The notes: generated from the sequence alone by a model not told the origin. Shown: positions 35,728-45,591, numbered from the stretch's first letter. The stretch: 64,000 nt of DNA from Oscillospiraceae bacterium (GCA_015065295.1 SVQN01000003.1:1735-65734), one strand, 5' to 3'. Numbers and translations are program-made.

Positions 35728-37491
35728 ATGGGAATTATTACTTATAACGACAAAGCGTTTCTGATGGACGGGAAGGAATATACCATCGTGTCCGGCGCGA
35801 TGCATTACTTCCGGATTCCGCGCGAGTATTGGACGGATCGGCTCACGAAGCTGAAGGAGTGCGGCTTCAATACCGTGGAAACGTATACCTGCTGGAACCT
35901 GCATGAACCCAAGGAAGGCGAGTTTGACTTTACCGGAATGCTCGACCTCGCGGCGTATGTGGACGAGGCTGCAAAACTGGGGCTGAACGTCATTCTTCGT
36001 CCGGGTCCGTATATCTGCAGCGAGTGGGAGTTCGGCGGACTGCCCGCATGGCTTCTCAGCTACGAAAACATCGCCATCCGCTGCAACGACGAACGCTTCC
36101 TTGAAAAGGTTCGCCGCTACTATCATGCGCTGTTTGAACATCTCGGTACCGGCCGTCTTGCAACCCACGGCGGCAATATCGTCATGGTGCAGATCGAAAA
36201 CGAATACGGCTCCTATGGTGACGATAAGGAATACCTCAACGCCGTTGTCGATATCTACCGCGAATGCGGCGTCGACTGCACGCTGTTCACCTCCGACGGT
36301 GCCTGCGACTGGATGCTCTCCGGCGGTACCCTGCCCGGATACCTCTGCGTTGCCAACTTCGGTTCCCATCCGAAGGAAAATTTCGCCGAACTGAAGAAGT
36401 TCCGCGATAATCAGCCTTCCATGTGCGGCGAATACTGGTGCGGCTGGTTCGATCACTGGTACGAAGAACACCACGTCCGCGAAGCCGAAGAACTCGCCGG
36501 CCTGTTCCGCGATATGCTGAACGCGGGCGCGTCCCTCAACTTCTATATGTTCCACGGCGGTACCAACTTCGGCTTCATGAACGGTGCAAACCACGGCGGC
36601 AAGTATGAACCCACCATCACCAGCTACGACTACAACGCGCTCCTCAGCGAAGCCGGCGATATGACACCCGCGTATTACGCTGTCCGTAAGATCAACGAAG
36701 AATTCTTCGGCAGCGTTCCCGAAATCACCACCAAGAATTCCGAAAAGAAGGCGTACGGCAAGGTAACGCTCACCGAAAAGGCGTTTGTCCTCGATACCGT
36801 GGACTCCATTTCCGCTCCCGTACATACCGCCGCTCCGAAGTTCATGGAAGAAATCGGTCAGGGCTACGGCTTCACGCTGTACTCCACCACCGTCAAGGGA
36901 CCGATGGGTGAAAACGGCGGTCTGCCGCTCCGTTATGACTGCGTTCACGACCGCGCGATCGTTTTCGTGAACGGCGAAAAGAAGGGTTGGATCGAACGTT
37001 CCCGCCACGCGGACGACATCCGTCTGTCCGTCAAGACCGGCGAAGAAGTCAAGGTCGATATCCTTGTCGAAAACATGGGACGCATCAACTACGGACCCGA
37101 AATGCGCGACAAGAAGGGTATGACCGGCATCCGCTTCGGTCAGCGCAACCACTACGGCTGGGATATGTACCCCATGGAAATGAAGGATCTCTCCGGCGTG
37201 AAGTACGAAGCGTGTGACGGCGGCGTGGATGCGTCCTCCTTCCTGCGCGGTACGCTCACCATCGAAGGCGAACCCTGCGATACCTTCATCAAGCTCGACG
37301 GCTTCCACCACGGCTTTGTGACCGTCAACGGCTTCAACCTCGGCCGCTACTACAACGACGCAGGCCCGCAGAAGACCCTGTACTGCCCCGCACCGATGCT
37401 CAAATCCGGCGACAACGAAATTATTGTATTCGAAATGGACTCCAGCGACAGAAACGTCATCGAATTCGTGGACGTTCCGGAACTGGGTTAA
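35728..37491 (+). CDS. Beta-galactosidase, glycoside hydrolase family 35
   Basis: 587 aa. 'GAMHYFRIPREYWTDRLTKLKECGFNTVETY', 'RPGPYICSEWEFGGLPAWL' and 'QIENEYGSYG'. Confidence 0.9.
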   Translation: MGIITYNDKAFLMDGKEYTIVSGAMHYFRIPREYWTDRLTKLKECGFNTVETYTCWNLHEPKEGEFDFTGMLDLAAYVDEAAKLGLNVILRPGPYICSEWEFGGLPAWLLSYENIAIRCNDERFLEKVRRYYHALFEHLGTGRLATHGGNIVMVQIENEYGSYGDDKEYLNAVVDIYRECGVDCTLFTSDGACDWMLSGGTLPGYLCVANFGSHPKENFAELKKFRDNQPSMCGEYWCGWFDHWYEEHHVREAEELAGLFRDMLNAGASLNFYMFHGGTNFGFMNGANHGGKYEPTITSYDYNALLSEAGDMTPAYYAVRKINEEFFGSVPEITTKNSEKKAYGKVTLTEKAFVLDTVDSISAPVHTAAPKFMEEIGQGYGFTLYSTTVKGPMGENGGLPLRYDCVHDRAIVFVNGEKKGWIERSRHADDIRLSVKTGEEVKVDILVENMGRINYGPEMRDKKGMTGIRFGQRNHYGWDMYPMEMKDLSGVKYEACDGGVDASSFLRGTLTIEGEPCDTFIKLDGFHHGFVTVNGFNLGRYYNDAGPQKTLYCPAPMLKSGDNEIIVFEMDSSDRNVIEFVDVPELG

Positions 37492-37528
37492 GCGGATTTT
37501 ATAAAAAAAGAATAGGGTAGAATTCCCT

Positions 37529-37668
37529 GTAGGGAGCGGCGCCCCCGTCGCTCCGTCGAACGATATAAGCCAAACCGGATTTTGTAGAAAAACTGTAGTG
37601 CAGATATTTTACAAAATAATGTATGGCTTATATGATATAGACGGAGCGACGGGGGCGCCGCTCCCTAC
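37529..37668. repeat. 140-bp foldback between convergent gene ends (possible bidirectional terminator)
   Basis: 29-bp perfect arms GTAGGGAGCGGCGCCCCCGTCGCTCCGTC / GACGGAGCGACGGGGGCGCCGCTCCCTAC, with inner pairings GATATAAGCCA/TGGCTTATATG and TTTTGTA/TACAAAA. Confidence 0.8.
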
Positions 37669-37689
37669 GAGTTTGTTTTAATATAGACT

Positions 37690-39555
37690 TTATCCGTTGA
37701 CCGTTACTTCATTCGTATCAAAGTTGACCGTGATGGTGGTGCCGTCCGCGAATGTTGTCCGCTGGGTGCGGCGGTCTGCTGTCACAAATTCATGCTTCAG
37801 CATCGGCTGGAGCGCGAGTTTTTCCGCGTTTGCACAGGTTGCCGTGACTTCCGCAATCGCTTCTTCGTCCGCGTTGATCGACAGATACTGCGGGCCGCCG
37901 TTGAGCCATGCGTGTGCGTACGCGCTGTCATTGCCCGGAATGCCCCATCCGCCGCGGCTGTTCTTGCGGCCGATCCACGGAATGACCACACAGTCATGAT
38001 AAACGAGGTTCAGGAGCGGGATCGGGATGCCCACCGGCTTTGCTTCACTGGAACCGAGGTTCGACGTGAAGAACGGTGCGTGGTGGCAGAGTACCTGGGA
38101 CGGCAGGATGCAGTCGAGGACTTCTTCCGAACTCGGGATGATTCCGCGGTCGGTCAGAACGTCGAGACATTCGCGGCGGTACTGCGCGCACTGTTCGCGG
38201 GTCGCGGGATGCGCCGGGTTGAAGCATTCGTCGAGCTGGACGACGGAGAATACGTCGAGATAGGACGCTTCCACGCCGATGCCGAGTTCCTCGAAGGTCG
38301 CATAATTGCGGCGGACATAGTCGCGCGCTACGGACGAGCAGAGGAACGAGTGCTTGCCGCCGTACCAGACCGAGCAGAACGGATGCGTTCCGTCCGCGTA
38401 CATGATGGCGTTGTCCATCGAGAAGGTCGGGCCGTCGTAATAATAATCGCGGTACTGGTCGTGGATGCCGAAGATAAATCCGGAACCGGTCGTTGCTTCT
38501 GCCAGTTCGCGCATACCTTCCACGCCGCCGGCTGCTTCATGCGGCGGGAACGGATCGGGATGCAGGTTGTCGTAGCCGTGATTGCCCCAGCCGTCGAAGT
38601 GCGTGTACGCCTTTTTCACGCCGCGGGATGCGAGAGCCTTGATCTGTTCCGCGCGGGTGTGGAACGAGGTGAAATAGTCGTTGTGTGCCGGATCGTCCGG
38701 TTTGTAGTAGTCCGAGTCGGGGGAAATGTGGGTGGCGATGCCTTCGTGAATGACCGGACATCCGAGGAGCTTTTCCACGTTCGGGTTGCGGGCGATTTTT
38801 TCACGGAGGGTAATCAGGCGGCCGCGCTGTTTGACGTAGGCACGGTAGGACTGCGCGAAATCGTTGTAATCGCAGTTTTCCATGAAGCGGTACAGCATCC
38901 GGCGGGGATATGCCATGTGGCCGAGAGACGTGATCCACAGCGGTGCGACCTTTTCGCCGCCGTTTTCGTAGCGCAGTTCGTAACGAACGTCAAACGGGGT
39001 GTCGTAGATCGCCAGATAGCCGGTATTGCCGCGCACCTGACCGTAGATCGGCATATAGCCGTCGCGTTCCATGATCTGACCGCCGGAGATCCGGATCTGC
39101 GTGCCTGCCGGAACGAGCGTTCCCTGCATACGGGAGAGAACGGTGTAGGATTCCGGAAGGTTGGCGGTAGTATTGTCGGGCTTGTCGCCGTACGCGGTGC
39201 CGAAATCGAACGGCGCGGGGAAGCTGACGCGGTCGATTTCGCACTTGTCATCCCCTTCCACGAGAAGGGTGAAGTATACGTCGTCGGTGATCGTTTCGAT
39301 TTCCGCCTTGGTGCGGACGGTGATTCTGTGGCTGCCGAAGTCCGTGTAGACGGCGGCGATGCCTTCGGTGGTGCCGGTTCTGCAGGGGCCTTCGGTTTCC
39401 GGAGCCGGGAAGGGAACGACGGTTCCGTCCGTGAACCGGACATACGGGCGTTCGGTCATGGACCACGTCTGTCCGGCGATTTCCACGGTGTAGGTGCACA
39501 TGGACGGATTGCCGGAGAGGGTGATGCTGCGGCCTTTGACGAGGTAGTTTGCCAT
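37690..39555 (-). CDS. Putative glycoside hydrolase of unassigned family (GH101/GH129/DUF5696-like architecture)
   Basis: 621 aa from the ATG at 39555 (AAGGAGGA RBS). An N-terminal beta-rich region is followed by a barrel-like region: 'THFDGWGNHGYDNLHPDPFP', 'IFGIHDQYRDYYYD', 'SYLDVFSV'. The family assignment is a guess. Confidence 0.45.
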   Translation of the reverse strand: MANYLVKGRSITLSGNPSMCTYTVEIAGQTWSMTERPYVRFTDGTVVPFPAPETEGPCRTGTTEGIAAVYTDFGSHRITVRTKAEIETITDDVYFTLLVEGDDKCEIDRVSFPAPFDFGTAYGDKPDNTTANLPESYTVLSRMQGTLVPAGTQIRISGGQIMERDGYMPIYGQVRGNTGYLAIYDTPFDVRYELRYENGGEKVAPLWITSLGHMAYPRRMLYRFMENCDYNDFAQSYRAYVKQRGRLITLREKIARNPNVEKLLGCPVIHEGIATHISPDSDYYKPDDPAHNDYFTSFHTRAEQIKALASRGVKKAYTHFDGWGNHGYDNLHPDPFPPHEAAGGVEGMRELAEATTGSGFIFGIHDQYRDYYYDGPTFSMDNAIMYADGTHPFCSVWYGGKHSFLCSSVARDYVRRNYATFEELGIGVEASYLDVFSVVQLDECFNPAHPATREQCAQYRRECLDVLTDRGIIPSSEEVLDCILPSQVLCHHAPFFTSNLGSSEAKPVGIPIPLLNLVYHDCVVIPWIGRKNSRGGWGIPGNDSAYAHAWLNGGPQYLSINADEEAIAEVTATCANAEKLALQPMLKHEFVTADRRTQRTTFADGTTITVNFDTNEVTVNG

Positions 39556-39593
39556 TATAGTTTCCTCCTTTGTGGGGGTATGAAATGACGGGG

Positions 39594-41006
39594 TTACGGA
39601 AGCTGTTCCGCTTCGAGCAGTTTCTTCGAGCAGTTGACATCCGAATAGCTGAGGCATTCGTCGGAGTATTCGATTTCGCCGGACTGGTTGTCGTAGGGGT
39701 CGAGGCGCATGAACGTCTTCGCCGGATCGAGCTGACGCTGGAATTCCGTGCAGCAGACGTACCGGTGCGGATCGAGGTTGCCGAAGTACCAGTTCCACGC
39801 TTCCGTATCGCCGCGCCGTTTTGCTCCGCCGCCGTAGGATGGGTCACAGTACAGCCAGCCGTAGGGCGCGATGTAGAACAGTGCCCAGTCGTGGCTGCCG
39901 ACGCGGCCGGAATTGCCGTTTCTCGGCGGATGTACCGCGTTGCCGGACTGCCAGCGTGCGGGAACTCCCGCGATCCGGCAGAGCGTGATGAAAAGAAGTG
40001 CCTGTACGCCGCAGTCACCTCGTCCGTTGACCGCCGCGTACATCGGAATGTTGTCGAACAGACGGTATTCGCGGGTGTAGGAATACTTGACGTGCGAGGT
40101 CACATAGTCGTAGATGCGGCGCGCTTTGACGAGGGGATTGTCTGTTCCTTCCGTCAGGTACGCCGCCAGTTTTTTCAGATACGGCGTGAACACGATATGC
40201 GGCTCGACTTCCGCGAGATAGGGAAGAACCTCCGCCGGGATTTCGCCGGTTACATCTTCTTCATGGAGATCGTGATACACCGCCGTGTTCGTGAATTCCA
40301 GCGTGATTTCCAGACGGTCGCCTGCGTGATATTCAAATTCCGCGTACGCCGTGCGGATCGGACCGTCGGTGATATAGACCGGATGGGACGATTCGATCAG
40401 ACGGATGCCGCTCTGTTCGGGCGTGATTGCAGGGAACGGGAGCCATATCCGGACGGTTTCGCCGGGACGTTCATGCTGTTCGTCGGGTTCAATCCATTCG
40501 CGGATTCTGTACCGCCACGAACTGCGGCCGTGTTCGCGCATATATGCCATGGCTTCATGCTGTTCGCCGTTCGGATTGGGTGAGGACACGAAATCGGGAT
40601 TTTCGAGTTTGGCGAGATAGTTTCCGCAGCATTCGCGGAGGTTCGAATAGGCGGCATTTTCAAAATAGATGCCGTCGGTCTTGACCATGAAGTCCGCGTG
40701 ACCGGAATTGACGAGATCGACTAAGTTCTTTTCGGTGAAGTTCGGGTACTTTTCGCGGAAATTTTCGACCATATCCTCAAAGGGAACCTGATAATCGTGG
40801 GCAAGCCCGACGGCGAGGAAGCGTTCAAGCTCCAGCCGCCTGACCATGATGGGTTCGAAATTCGGGTGGGTATTGTCGGAAAGAAGGCGGTCGATTTCAC
40901 AGAGAACGTGGTCGAAGCGGCCGCTGTAGCGAAGATTTTTGATGGAGTCGGGAAGCTCAACGGTGAGCAGGGCGAGGTCATCGTAGTTGAAGGGAGTGTT
41001 TTTCAT
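39594..41006 (-). CDS. Transglutaminase-like (papain-fold Cys-His-Asp) domain protein
   Basis: 470 aa from the ATG at 41006. The core is 'GRGDCGVQALLFITLCRIAGVPARW...GSHDWALFY...WLYCDPS'. Confidence 0.7.
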   Translation of the reverse strand: MKNTPFNYDDLALLTVELPDSIKNLRYSGRFDHVLCEIDRLLSDNTHPNFEPIMVRRLELERFLAVGLAHDYQVPFEDMVENFREKYPNFTEKNLVDLVNSGHADFMVKTDGIYFENAAYSNLRECCGNYLAKLENPDFVSSPNPNGEQHEAMAYMREHGRSSWRYRIREWIEPDEQHERPGETVRIWLPFPAITPEQSGIRLIESSHPVYITDGPIRTAYAEFEYHAGDRLEITLEFTNTAVYHDLHEEDVTGEIPAEVLPYLAEVEPHIVFTPYLKKLAAYLTEGTDNPLVKARRIYDYVTSHVKYSYTREYRLFDNIPMYAAVNGRGDCGVQALLFITLCRIAGVPARWQSGNAVHPPRNGNSGRVGSHDWALFYIAPYGWLYCDPSYGGGAKRRGDTEAWNWYFGNLDPHRYVCCTEFQRQLDPAKTFMRLDPYDNQSGEIEYSDECLSYSDVNCSKKLLEAEQLP

Positions 41007-41064
41007 GGGGGATACCTCGTGGATAGATAGTGAAGAGTGAAAAGAGAAGAGAGAAGAGAAAAGG

Positions 41065-41093
41065 AATATTTTTGACCGGAGGTCAAAAATATT
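41065..41093. repeat. Solo 13-bp-stem hairpin resembling the F2 terminal hairpin
   Basis: AATATTTTTGACC-gga-GGTCAAAAATATT; compare GAAAAATGACCGGAACGGTCATTTTTC. Confidence 0.6.
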
Positions 41094-41209
41094 GAATTTG
41101 ATGGGAGATTGGTGTGGGGACGGATATGTGAGAGCTTGCAGGAAAACGAAAAAAAGCCTGCCATCCGGAAACGGTGACAAGCTCATTTGCAAGATGGCTT
41201 TGGTGGGAA

Positions 41210-41842
41210 TTAATCGACGGAAACGACTTCGACCGTGAGGTCGAGTTCGCTGAAAAATTCCCGGATGGATTCGGGGGAATCCGTGTTCAGTTCTTCGGCG
41301 ATAAGGAAGGTTCCGGTTGCGGTGACAGTGCTGCTTTCCCCGACAGTGAACGATACGGCGACGGGAACGGCATCCTCAAACGTATACAGATAGATCGTGT
41401 CGGAGGAGATTTCATCGCTCACGAAGGTTCTGCCGACGGTGCAGATACTGGTTGCCGCAAGAGCCGTGGAGCCGCCGCGCGCATTGGCGATATTGATAAT
41501 CGACGCCTGCACCCGACCTTCGAGAAAATCCTGAAGTTTGGGGGAAAGCGAGGTAAGAACATCGGTTCCGCACAGGGATTTCACGTTTTCTTCCGAGAGG
41601 GTGAGCCGGTAGATTATTTTCGGATCGGAATGATCGCCTTCCGCGAAGGTGGCAATGATGTTCAGAAGTTCCGGATCGGCACTGTAGATACTCAGGTACT
41701 CTTCGCTTTCCGCGATTTCTTCCAGCATGGACACGATCTGCATTCCTCGGACTTCCAGTGAAGGCAGTTCCGACTCCGTCACGCCGCAGGAAGACAGCAG
41801 CACAGCCCCCAGACAAGCGGCGAGGATGTTTCTGAATCTCAT
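41210..41842 (-). CDS. Lipoprotein of unknown function
   Basis: 210 aa. GGAGG RBS present. The signal and lipobox are 'LGAVLLSSCGV'. Confidence 0.7.
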   Translation of the reverse strand: MRFRNILAACLGAVLLSSCGVTESELPSLEVRGMQIVSMLEEIAESEEYLSIYSADPELLNIIATFAEGDHSDPKIIYRLTLSEENVKSLCGTDVLTSLSPKLQDFLEGRVQASIINIANARGGSTALAATSICTVGRTFVSDEISSDTIYLYTFEDAVPVAVSFTVGESSTVTATGTFLIAEELNTDSPESIREFFSELDLTVEVVSVD

Positions 41843-41886
41843 AAAAAAACCTCCAATCTGAAATATACCCTATTATACAACAGATT

Positions 41887-41942
41887 GAAGTTTTTTGAAA
41901 GGGGTTCGGGGAAAACTTTTTCGAAAAAAAGTTTTCCCCGAG
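41887..41942 (-). repeat. H1 hairpin-plus-tail repeat
   Basis: GAAGTTTTTTGAAAGGGGTT followed by CGGGGAAAACTTTTTCGAAAAAAAGTTTTCCCCGAG. Confidence 0.85.
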
Positions 41943-41961
41943 AAACTATATTTTATAAAAT

Positions 41962-42732
41962 TTACGCCTGAGCAGCGTCTACGATCTTTGCGAACTTTTC
42001 GGGAACGAGGGACGCACCGCCGATGAGGCCGCCGTCTACGTTGACCTTGGAGAGGAGTTCGGCAGCGTTGCCGTCGTTCATGGAGCCGCCGTACTGGATG
42101 GTCATTGCTTCCGCAACTGCATCGCCGTAGAGCTTTGCAACGGTTGCGCGGATGAGGGCGCAGACTTCTTCTGCCTGTTCGGGAGTAGCGGTGAGACCGG
42201 TACCGATTGCCCAAACGGGTTCGTAAGCGATAATGACGTTTGCGATCTGGTCAGCGGGAATGCCTGCGAGGTCGAGCTTGGTCTGCATAGCAACGATTTC
42301 TTCGGTGATGCCGGCCTGTCTTTCTGCGAGAACTTCGCCGAGGCAGAGGATAACCTTCATGCCTGCGTCGAGAGCAGCCTTGGTGCGGAGGTTAACGGTG
42401 GTATCGGTTTCACCGAAGTACTGTCTGCGTTCGGAGTGGCCGACGATAACGTATTCAACGCCGCATTCAACGAGCATATCGGCAGCGATTTCACCGGTGA
42501 ACGCGCCCTTCTTTTCGAAGTGGACGTTCTGAGCACCGATCTTTACGTTGGTACCCTTGGTTGCTTCCATAGCGGCAGCGATGTCTACGAACGGTACGCA
42601 GAGGACAACTTCGCAGCCGTTCTTGCCGGCGGTGAGTTCAGCGGTCTTGGCAGCGGTTTCTGCAGCAGCCTTGGGGGTCATGTTCATCTTCCAGTTACCG
42701 GCGATGATAACCTTGCGGGATTCCTTTTTCAT
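41962..42732 (-). CDS. tpiA: Triose-phosphate isomerase
   Basis: 256 aa; 'IAGNWKMN', 'VGHSERR', 'IAYEPVWAIGTG'. Confidence 0.95.
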   Translation of the reverse strand: MKKESRKVIIAGNWKMNMTPKAAAETAAKTAELTAGKNGCEVVLCVPFVDIAAAMEATKGTNVKIGAQNVHFEKKGAFTGEIAADMLVECGVEYVIVGHSERRQYFGETDTTVNLRTKAALDAGMKVILCLGEVLAERQAGITEEIVAMQTKLDLAGIPADQIANVIIAYEPVWAIGTGLTATPEQAEEVCALIRATVAKLYGDAVAEAMTIQYGGSMNDGNAAELLSKVNVDGGLIGGASLVPEKFAKIVDAAQA

Positions 42733-42782
42733 TTTTCTATACCTCTATATATTATTTCTTTGGGCTTATCAAATGGGGAATA

Positions 42783-43154
42783 CCAAACTGTTCGTTTGGA
42801 TTAATAGGTAGAAAAATGACCGGAACGGTCATTTTTCAATTTTTATGTCCTACGCGGACGGCGCACAAAGGGGCTCAAACGCCGCCCCTTTGTGAATTGC
42901 TGGCTTGGAAATCGTTCGGGGGACTCGGCCTTAGGGCCTCGGACAGACAGCGGTTTGCACGCGGCAGACCGTTCGGAAGGGACAAGGTTTGGGTGCAGAG
43001 CTGTCCAAAACGGTCGTTCAGTAGAAACAGCCGTGGAGTGTGGCGTTGTTTTTACTTTTTTCTTTCGATCTGCACTCGCTTTGTCTGTCCTTTTTATTAA
43101 AAAGGTTTTTGGAGGGGTGCGGGGAACCTTTTTCCTTAAAAAAGGTTCCCCGCG
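42783..43154. repeat. F2 partial foldback plus H1 hairpin, filling the pgk-tpiA spacer
   Basis: Same module order as 30866-31225: CAAACTGTTCGTTTG, GAAAAATGACCGGAACGGTCATTTTTC, ...GGACAGACAGCGGTTTGCAC...GCACTCGCTTTGTCTGTCC, then H1 at 43098-43154. Confidence 0.9.
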
Positions 43155-43171
43155 AAAATATCATTAATTAA

Positions 43172-44464
43172 TTACTTGTCGAGAAGGCAAGCGATGCCGG
43201 GGAGTTCGAGACCTTCGAGGAATTCGAGGGATGCGCCGCCGCCGGTGGAGATGTGGGTCATCTTGTCTGCGTAGCCGAGCTGTTCTACGGCTGCTGCGGA
43301 GTCGCCGCCGCCGATGATGGAGATCGCGCCGGATTCTGCAACGGCCTTAGCAACTGCGCGGGTACCGCCTGCGAAGTTTTCCCATTCGGAAACGCCCATC
43401 GGGCCGTTCCATACAACGGTGCCTGCACCTGCGATGCTCTTGGAGTAGAGTTCCTGAGTCTTTTCGCCGATGTCGAGACCCATCCAGCCGTCCGGAATGG
43501 AGTCGGAGTAGATTCTCATGAAGGTTGCGTCTTCCTTGTATTCACGAGCGATGACGTTGTCAACGGGGAGGAGGAAGTTTACGCCCTTTTCCTTCGCCTT
43601 AGCGAGGAGGTCGAGAGCGAGTTCGAGCTTGTCGTCTTCGCAGATGGAAGTGCCGATCGGGTTGCCGAGAGCGCGGAAGAAGGTATAAGCCATACCGCCG
43701 CCGATGATGAGGGTATCAACCTTTTCGATGAGGTTGTTGATAACGCCGATCTTATCGGAAACCTTTGCGCCGCCGAGGATGGCTACGAAGGGTCTCTTGG
43801 GATCGTCGAGGGCCTTACCCATAACGTCGATTTCCTTCTGGATCAGGTAGCCGCAGACTGCGGGGAGGTAGTCAGCTACGCCGGCGGTGGAACCGTGAGC
43901 GCGGTGAGCGGTACCGAAAGCGTCGTTTACATAGATTTCAGCGAGGGAAGCGAGAGCCTTTGCGAATTCGGGATCGTTCTTTTCTTCAGCAGCGTGGAAA
44001 CGAACGTTTTCGAGAAGCATAACTTCGCCGTCCTTGAGGGCAGCAGCCTTAGCCTGTGCGTCGGGACCGATAACGTCAGCAGCGAGAGTTACCGGGATGC
44101 CCTTCTTGGTGAGGTCGTCAGCAACGATCTTGAGGGAGAGCTTGGTGATGTCTTTTGCGCCCTTTTCGAGAGCAGCAGCGGTAGCAGCTTCCTGTTCTTC
44201 TGCGGGAAGAGCTTCGATCTTCTTCTTTTCCTTCTTGTCGAGCTTGAGCTTTTCGTCAAGAACGTTGTGGGGTCTGCCCATGTGAGAGCAGAGGATAACC
44301 TTTGCGCCCTGAGCAACGAGGTACTGAATGGTCTTCATTGCGCCGACGATACGCTTGTCGTCGGTGATTACGCCGTCCTTAACCGGAACGTTAAAGTCGC
44401 ATCTTACGAGGACTTTTTTGCCGGCAACGTCGATATCTTCAACGGATTTCTTGTTGTAAGTCAT
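43172..44464 (-). CDS. pgk: Phosphoglycerate kinase (with a ~35-aa lysine/alanine-rich insertion after the SHMGRP motif)
   Basis: 430 aa from the ATG at 44464. '[10 protein letters not shown]', 'SHMGRP', '[16 protein letters not shown]' and '[13 protein letters not shown]'. Confidence 0.93.
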   Translation of the reverse strand: MTYNKKSVEDIDVAGKKVLVRCDFNVPVKDGVITDDKRIVGAMKTIQYLVAQGAKVILCSHMGRPHNVLDEKLKLDKKEKKKIEALPAEEQEAATAAALEKGAKDITKLSLKIVADDLTKKGIPVTLAADVIGPDAQAKAAALKDGEVMLLENVRFHAAEEKNDPEFAKALASLAEIYVNDAFGTAHRAHGSTAGVADYLPAVCGYLIQKEIDVMGKALDDPKRPFVAILGGAKVSDKIGVINNLIEKVDTLIIGGGMAYTFFRALGNPIGTSICEDDKLELALDLLAKAKEKGVNFLLPVDNVIAREYKEDATFMRIYSDSIPDGWMGLDIGEKTQELYSKSIAGAGTVVWNGPMGVSEWENFAGGTRAVAKAVAESGAISIIGGGDSAAAVEQLGYADKMTHISTGGGASLEFLEGLELPGIACLLDK

Positions 44465-44597
44465 GTGATGATCCCTTTCTTCTTTGAAGGATTGAAAATA
44501 TAAATTTTTTCCATCCATTAATATACCACAAATTGCGTCTATAATCAATGGTTTTTGAAAAATTTACAGGGAATTTTCATTTTTGGAAAGGGAGAAA

Positions 44598-45191
44598 TCA
44601 ATCATTTTCGGAGAAAAAATCATACACATCGCTTTCCGTAATACGGTCTTCATAAGCGATCCAGTTTTCGGGGAGATTTTCGCGGATGATTTCAAAGGTT
44701 TCGGGGTCATAATGAAGAATGGGAATCTGTTTCTGCTGTGCGATGGCGAGGAGTTCGGCGGTTTCGGAATCAATCCGGCCGGAAGGATAGACGACGAACA
44801 GGAGATCGGTTTCCTCGCGGCAATACTGACAGAGCATCCGGTGCGCTGTGCCTTGGGAAGAGGAAATATGTTGGTGGCGGGTACATCTGCCGTTGATGTA
44901 GTTCATTCGCTTGATGTCGGCGGCATTCGGACAGAAATTATTGGAATAGACGGTTCGGAGACGGATGAAAAACCTGTCTTCAATTCCGGGATCCGACAAT
45001 ATAGTTGCGAGAAGTTCTCCCGTGTAAATTTCGTTGCGGTTTCGCAGAGGAATACTGAATCCACAGCGGTTCAGAACCATTTCTTGCAGCGGACAGTAAA
45101 TATGCAGGCCAAGCCGTATTTCTTCACGGGAATCCGGTATGGGACAGGGGAAAGTTTCTTCGGATGTACTGATTACGAGACAATTTTTCAT
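44598..45191 (-). CDS. Hypothetical protein in an AT-rich islet (possibly a Rossmann/SLOG-like fold; unassigned)
   Basis: 197 aa with no recognisable catalytic motif. The C-terminal 'DLLFVVYPSGRIDSETAELLAIAQQKQIPILHYD' is reminiscent of YpsA/SLOG-type proteins. It is divergent from an XRE gene. Confidence 0.55.
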   Translation of the reverse strand: MKNCLVISTSEETFPCPIPDSREEIRLGLHIYCPLQEMVLNRCGFSIPLRNRNEIYTGELLATILSDPGIEDRFFIRLRTVYSNNFCPNAADIKRMNYINGRCTRHQHISSSQGTAHRMLCQYCREETDLLFVVYPSGRIDSETAELLAIAQQKQIPILHYDPETFEIIRENLPENWIAYEDRITESDVYDFFSEND

Positions 45192-45254
45192 GAGCAGATG
45201 TCCTTTCTTTGGTTAAGCAATTATATATTTCTGGTATACCGATGATATACTAAT

Positions 45255-45291
45255 AATTTGTAAACTTTAGTCAACTATAAGTGGACTGAGG
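45255..45291 (+). repeat. Direct repeat / candidate operator, copy 1 (upstream of the XRE gene)
   Basis: ATATACTAATAATTTGTAAACTTTAGTCAACTATAAG; shares TATACTAAT...TTTAGTCAACTA.AAG with 45601-45644. Confidence 0.6.
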
Positions 45292-45300
45292 TGATACAGA

Positions 45301-45591
45301 ATGACGTATTTCAAAACCGGAGAACGGATTAAAGAATTGAGACAATCACACAAGATGACACAAAAACAGTTGGGCGAGCGTGTTGGGGTGACAAAAGGAG
45401 CAATATCCATATATGAAGCGGGAGATCGTTATCCTTCCTACGAAGTTTTATTACGAATTGCGGCGGTATTTCATGTCAGCACGGATTATCTGCTGGGGCT
45501 GGAGGATACGCCGAAGGTCAGTCTGGAAGGATTATCGGAGAATAATGTGAGACTGGTACTGGATTTGGTAGAGGCGTTGCGGGATAAATAA
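45301..45591 (+). CDS. XRE-family transcriptional regulator
   Basis: 96 aa; 'IKELRQSHKMTQKQLGERVGVTKGAISIYEAGDRYPS...LLRIAAVFHVSTDYLLG'. Confidence 0.85.
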   Translation: MTYFKTGERIKELRQSHKMTQKQLGERVGVTKGAISIYEAGDRYPSYEVLLRIAAVFHVSTDYLLGLEDTPKVSLEGLSENNVRLVLDLVEALRDK

